DNA from: Candidatus Iainarchaeum sp.
GTDB taxonomy: Archaea; Iainarchaeota; Iainarchaeia; Iainarchaeales; JAFCCJ01
NCBI GenBank assembly: GCA_043816965.1
Contig: JBDRHK010000091.1
Coordinates: 1-10,630, forward strand
Direction: 5' to 3'
Length of the DNA stretch: 10,630 bases
Shown in pieces: positions 7,208 through 10,630 of the stretch. A program made the translations under genes and the position numbers. Position 1 is the stretch's first letter. Every line of letters begins with the position of its first letter. Below the pieces are notes generated by a model. It did no database searches. It saw only the letters and a program-made list of their open reading frames with translations, and was not told the DNA's origin.

Positions 7208-7239
7208 AACCAAACTTATATAAAAGTATATGTTTGGTT
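7208..7239. promoter_or_regulatory. Inverted-repeat operator candidate enclosing the TATA box of the toxin-antitoxin operon
   Basis: AACCAAAC-t-TATA-taaaag-TATA-t-GTTTGGTT: 12 of 13 arm positions are complementary around a 6-nt centre. The minus strand reads TTTTATATAA at 7225-7216, 22-31 nt upstream of the toxin ATG at 7194. Confidence 0.7.
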
Positions 7240-7282
7240 TATTCTATATTTTTTAGCAATCATTAGAATCTGCGGCTATTTG

Positions 7283-7291
7283 AATTAAATA
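7283..7291 (+). promoter_or_regulatory. Candidate TATA box for the secreted-protein gene
   Basis: AATTAAATA ending 24 nt upstream of the ATG at 7315; positional argument only. Confidence 0.35.
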
Positions 7292-7314
7292 GGGGAAAGC
7301 ACTAATATTAAGCA

Positions 7315-8184
7315 ATGAAAAGAATAATTCTCTTGCTTTGCCTTTTAATTCTGGCAAATTCGGCACTTGCCTGCAGCAAGATTTACATAACAATAACTGC
7401 CGATGACAATCTGGAATTATTTTTTAATGGGCAATCCCTGGGATCACGCGAATACTGGCTGGAGGCAAAAACCTTCGAGGCAAAGCCAAAAATCGGGGTG
7501 AATGTCATTGCCGTGAAGGCAATAAACTCCACAGGTTCAAAAGGAATTCTTGTGGATGCCATCTACTGCGGGAATAAAGTTTATTCAGATGATACTTGGA
7601 AAGCCACCTCATCCTCAGTGGTAAACTGGTGGGCTGCCACAAGTTACAATGACAGTTCCTGGGGCTATGCAACTGATTTTGGCGCATATGGTGTTAAGCC
7701 CTGGGAAATGCTGGTCATTGGGTTTCCTGAGGAAACAGAGGCCCACTGGATTTGGGCAAGTTCAGGGGAAGTTGCATATTTTAGGAAAACCTTCACCCTA
7801 ATCGATGAGGAATGTGACGAAGAATGGTCCTGCACAGAATGGACTGAATGCATAAATGAAACCCAAAACAGAGAATGCACAGATTCCAACAAATGCGGGG
7901 AGATTTCATCAAGGCCTTCGCAGGAACAGATATGCCTTGAGGCGATTGAAATTGATTCATTTGGCTGCGAAATTTCCTCATCACAAGTGATAATGAACAC
8001 CTGCTCCCGCGAGGAACTTCAATACCAGTATGGATCGGCAGCAAGTGTAAGAAATATAGTCAAAAATTTAATTCCGGACATAAGATATGACATTACTATA
8101 GAAAACATCACTAAAAAAACAACCAGCACAGTTTCAATGAGAAGCAACAGTTCCGGAATTTTGGAATTCAGCCCAGGATTATAA
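7315..8184 (+). CDS. Secreted protein: signal peptide, galactose-binding-like (CBM67/rhamnosidase-N-like) lectin domain, six-Cys TSP1-like module, short beta-rich tail
   Basis: MKR + hydrophobic core + ALA cleavage site. Lectin-like motifs ITADDNLELFFNG, GVNVIAVKAIN..G.KG, SDDTWKA, YNDSSW..A, YGVKPW, AHWIW, YFRKTF. Then C.EEWSCTEWTEC...Q.REC.D.N.CG.....P...Q.C. No C-terminal TM helix. Confidence 0.7.
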   Translation: MKRIILLLCLLILANSALACSKIYITITADDNLELFFNGQSLGSREYWLEAKTFEAKPKIGVNVIAVKAINSTGSKGILVDAIYCGNKVYSDDTWKATSSSVVNWWAATSYNDSSWGYATDFGAYGVKPWEMLVIGFPEETEAHWIWASSGEVAYFRKTFTLIDEECDEEWSCTEWTECINETQNRECTDSNKCGEISSRPSQEQICLEAIEIDSFGCEISSSQVIMNTCSREELQYQYGSAASVRNIVKNLIPDIRYDITIENITKKTTSTVSMRSNSSGILEFSPGL

Positions 8185-9303
8185 TTTCAGCGGGTTCTTC
8201 CTGCTTTTCACCGCTTCATATGCGAGCAGATAACTTCCCGCACTCCATGCCTGGTGCCTGCTTCCTTCAGCCTTTTTAGTTTTTGGATGAATCCATTCAT
8301 TGAAATCCCAGTCAAACCTGTGCCCCAAGCTATTTGCTTTCGCAAGCCTTTCCAGTTCCTCTTCAGCCTGCGCATACTTCTTTGCCTCCACAAGGGCTGC
8401 CACATAAAACCCGCCGACAAATGGCCAGATTCCGCCATTGAGGTAGTCGCCAGGAGTTCCTGCCAAAGAGGCCTTGTAATAATCCTGCCATTCCTTTGAG
8501 CCCTTTTTTATTGGGGGATAAATAACCTTCATCGGGAACGGCCTGTCAATCCTTTTCCTGTGGACAAAGCCGAGTATTTTCCTCGCCTGTGCAGGGCTCG
8601 CAAGGCCAAAAACAATTGCAAGCATATTCCCCAGGGAATCAAACCATTCCTCCTTCTCGCTGTAATGCGGACCATGGTCCTTCCAGTGCCAGGGGAGGAA
8701 ATATTCCAATCCAGAATCCCACAAATAATAATCAACCTTTTTTTTGTATTCTTTCAAATCATTTGCATTTCCGCCCGCCTTCTTCGCCCCATAGTAAAGC
8801 GCCTGTGTGTTTATGCAGTGCCCATACCTGTGGGGGAAGCAGTCCATCCAGTCAGAGGTCGGAAGCTGTTCAGGGAGCATGTCCTCTCCCGCGTCCTGGA
8901 ATGCGGTCCACTGCATCGCTTTTTCAATATTCTTTTTGTGCCTGCCCCATAAATCGTTCCCGAATCTCTTTTTGTAAAAATAATTCCCTATCACAAACCA
9001 AAGCGAGGAATCCAAAGTCGCGAAAGTGACCAAATCCCTTTTCTCAAAAACATCAACACAGTTCGGAATCTGCCCGTTTTTGCTCTGGTGCTTTGCCAAA
9101 GTCCTCAAACTTGCCGCAAAAACCTTCCTGAATTTCTTCGTATGGGCGCTTGCGCCAATAAGGGAAATCATGGAATCCCTTGCCCAAACCGAGGCATATC
9201 CATACTTCCCCCCTGAGGCATAAAGCCCATTAGGGGTTGAGCAGATATCCATAACCTCTATAGCCTTCTCCCTGGCCTCCTCAATCAGTTTCCCGCCTTT
9301 CAT
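8179..9303 (-). CDS. Six-hairpin glycoside hydrolase, GH100 (neutral invertase)-like / amylo-alpha-1,6-glucosidase-like
   Basis: 374 aa. VWARDSMIS, GQIP, DSSLWFVIG, DWMD (putative catalytic Asp), NTQALYY, FDSLGN, YLNGGIWPFVGGFY, FNEW (putative catalytic Glu), QAWSAG. No signal peptide. Confidence 0.85.
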   Translation of the reverse strand: MKGGKLIEEAREKAIEVMDICSTPNGLYASGGKYGYASVWARDSMISLIGASAHTKKFRKVFAASLRTLAKHQSKNGQIPNCVDVFEKRDLVTFATLDSSLWFVIGNYFYKKRFGNDLWGRHKKNIEKAMQWTAFQDAGEDMLPEQLPTSDWMDCFPHRYGHCINTQALYYGAKKAGGNANDLKEYKKKVDYYLWDSGLEYFLPWHWKDHGPHYSEKEEWFDSLGNMLAIVFGLASPAQARKILGFVHRKRIDRPFPMKVIYPPIKKGSKEWQDYYKASLAGTPGDYLNGGIWPFVGGFYVAALVEAKKYAQAEEELERLAKANSLGHRFDWDFNEWIHPKTKKAEGSRHQAWSAGSYLLAYEAVKSRKNPLKL

Positions 9304-9325
9304 TGGAATGATTAAGTAGAAATAG

Positions 9326-9340
9326 AATATAATTGTTTGC
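9326..9340 (-). promoter_or_regulatory. Candidate BRE/TATA for the six-hairpin hydrolase gene
   Basis: Minus strand reads GCAAACAATTATATT; the TTATA core is about 25-29 nt upstream of the ATG at 9303. Confidence 0.4.
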
Positions 9341-9342
9341 TT

Positions 9343-9945
9343 TTACTTCTCATTTTCCCGCCATTCCCTTAGTTTCTGCCTTACTGCTTTCTGCCTCTCC
9401 TTCGGCAACTTTTTAATAAACGCAAGAACCTTTTCAGGCTCAATCCTGTCAACCTCAAACCAAACAGGCCTATTATTGTTGGCCCTGAATAAAACATTCA
9501 TTGGTCTTGGATTTACAATAATTCCTGCTTTTGCCATCTCCCCGACTATCCCCCTTGTTTCTCTCTCAACTTTCGCGGCGTGCGGAGCATAATCCGGATA
9601 TTTTGAATTGTCCACACTCCGTTTTCCTGCTTTTAGAATCTTTTTATAATACTCCTCAACAGCTTTCACACTTTCAGGAGTTGCTTTAACATGATAAGTT
9701 ACAATTTCCTGTGGGCCTGCCTTTGCACCAAGAACTACTTTAGCAATTTTACGGGGAAATAAAAGATTTCCAATTTGAAGCCTTAATTTTTTACCCTCAA
9801 TAATATCTGGAAAAAGCGGAATCACTTGCCTCCTAACAACTACATTCCTTCCCTTATGCCTGCCTAAATGGAAAACTCTTGCCTCTTCACCCTGAACAAT
9901 CAGATTAGGCCTTTTATTGTTAGGTCTTCTTTGCATAAGCCTCAC
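9343..9945 (-). CDS. Hypothetical basic protein with degenerate protein-kinase-like motifs
   Basis: 200-aa ORF filling the gap between neighbours (GTG at 9945, or ATG at 9936). LIVQGEEARVF, NVVVRR, EMAKAGIIVNPRPMNVL and PVWFEVD appear in the order of kinase subdomains I, II, VIb and VII. The gene is likely real; the fold call is tentative. Confidence 0.6.
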   Translation of the reverse strand: MRLMQRRPNNKRPNLIVQGEEARVFHLGRHKGRNVVVRRQVIPLFPDIIEGKKLRLQIGNLLFPRKIAKVVLGAKAGPQEIVTYHVKATPESVKAVEEYYKKILKAGKRSVDNSKYPDYAPHAAKVERETRGIVGEMAKAGIIVNPRPMNVLFRANNNRPVWFEVDRIEPEKVLAFIKKLPKERQKAVRQKLREWRENEK

Positions 9946-10028
9946 TTCTAATATCTTTGAATACTCTTATTAATATAATATAGGCCAAATCCAGAAGCTT
10001 TAAATTCTTGCCCGCAATTACTGATTAT
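9946..10028. promoter_or_regulatory. AT-rich divergent promoter region with two TATA-like boxes
   Basis: Plus strand CAGAAGC-TTTAAA (TTTAAA at 9999-10004, 25 nt before the ATG at 10029). Minus strand TATTATATTAATA at 9980-9968, about 25-35 nt before 9945. Confidence 0.5.
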
Positions 10029-10630
10029 ATGGAATTCTTTTTTCTCAAAGACCTTTCTAGGATAAGGCCTCGGTTTAATAATTTCGTAAACCAGCTTGCA
10101 GAAGTCGACCCTAAAAAATGGCCAAAGGAAACTATTCTTAAAGAATTGAAAGGAACCTATGATTGCCTTGTTGCAGTGGAAAAAGGAAAATTGCAGGGAT
10201 TTGTTTCCTTTAATAGGGATAGGGAGAATGGCAATACCCTAAGAGCTTTTGGCTGGTTTGATTTGGCCAGATATTTTTCCGATAAGCTTGCAGAGTCCGA
10301 GAGAAGTGGGAGCAAAAGGGAAATTGCGAAATACCGCCGGGAATTGGAGCAGGTCGGCGGAAAACCAAAACCGTCCAAGAATCCACTTTCATTCAAGCTT
10401 GCCCGCAAAATATTTGAGCTCGCCAGAAGAGAGGGGTTCAAAAGCATACAGATGGGCGAGACTGATAAGCCCACAAAGAAAATGCTTGAAATAGTCAGCA
10501 GGAACAAGGGAAGGTTTGATGTGTCAAAGGATGTAGAAGTAATTCCTGAGCGTAGAAGGATTGAATTTCCGGGGTTTAAGAGCGCCGCGATTGTCCTGGG
10601 CTGCTATGCCCTCCCTGGCGAAAAACTGCC
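10029..10630 (+). CDS. Hypothetical protein with a GNAT-like N-terminal domain; 3'-truncated by the window end
   Basis: Not in the ORF track (no stop in window). Manual translation gives 200 open codons: MEFFFLKDLSRIRPRFNNFVNQLAEVDPKKWPKETILKELKGTYDCLVAVEKGKLQGFVSFNRDRENGNTLRAFGWFDLARYFSDKLAESERSGSKREIAKYRRELEQVGGKPKPSKNPLSFKLARKIFELARREGFKSIQMGETDKPTKKMLEIVSRNKGRFDVSKDVEVIPERRRIEFPGFKSAAIVLGCYALPGEKL. A TATA-like box lies upstream. Confidence 0.75.
   Translation, partial: MEFFFLKDLSRIRPRFNNFVNQLAEVDPKKWPKETILKELKGTYDCLVAVEKGKLQGFVSFNRDRENGNTLRAFGWFDLARYFSDKLAESERSGSKREIAKYRRELEQVGGKPKPSKNPLSFKLARKIFELARREGFKSIQMGETDKPTKKMLEIVSRNKGRFDVSKDVEVIPERRRIEFPGFKSAAIVLGCYALPGEKL

Noticed and set aside
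7360..7374. Possible lipobox at SALA-C of the secreted protein
   Set aside because: Residues -3 to -1 are A-L-A, which fits a signal peptidase I site better than the [LVI][ASTVI][GAS]C consensus; lipidation is not excluded but unsupported.
8208..9223. Several 65-146 aa ORFs overlapping the six-hairpin hydrolase
   Set aside because: Fully nested in a motif-supported gene, with no recognisable motifs or own promoters.
10157..10507. Three short ORFs in the track (116, 60 and 81 aa)
   Set aside because: All are shadows of the longer + strand frame starting at 10029.
1..10630. CRISPR array, tRNA/rRNA, IS element or integrase
   Set aside because: No spaced repeats, cloverleaf-like segments or transposase/recombinase motifs seen; the largest intergenic gap is 120 bp.

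Overview
Gene-dense window of 11 CDS. It is most likely from a small-genome (DPANN-type) archaeon, inferred from TATA-like boxes about 25 nt upstream of near-leaderless starts, no convincing bacterial RBS or -35/-10 pattern, and a Cys/Trp surface module I associate with DPANN proteins. The core is six apparently cytosolic carbohydrate enzymes: a GH130 mannoside phosphorylase-like protein, a GT4 fused to a six-hairpin glycosidase-like domain, a NagB-type glucosamine-6-phosphate deaminase, a PIG-L/LmbE deacetylase translationally coupled to a second GT4, and a GH100/amylo-1,6-glucosidase-like six-hairpin hydrolase. Together they look like an undescribed build-and-recycle pathway for a small mannose/glucosamine glycoside. 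The cluster is interrupted by an AbiEii/AbiEi-type (type IV) toxin-antitoxin pair in toxin-first order, with an inverted repeat straddling its TATA box, and by a secreted lectin-like protein with a TSP1-like module. The right end holds a degenerate kinase-like ORF and a divergent GNAT-like ORF that the ORF track misses because it runs off the window. I saw no RNA genes, CRISPR arrays or transposases. All family calls are by-eye motif recognition; no searches were run.
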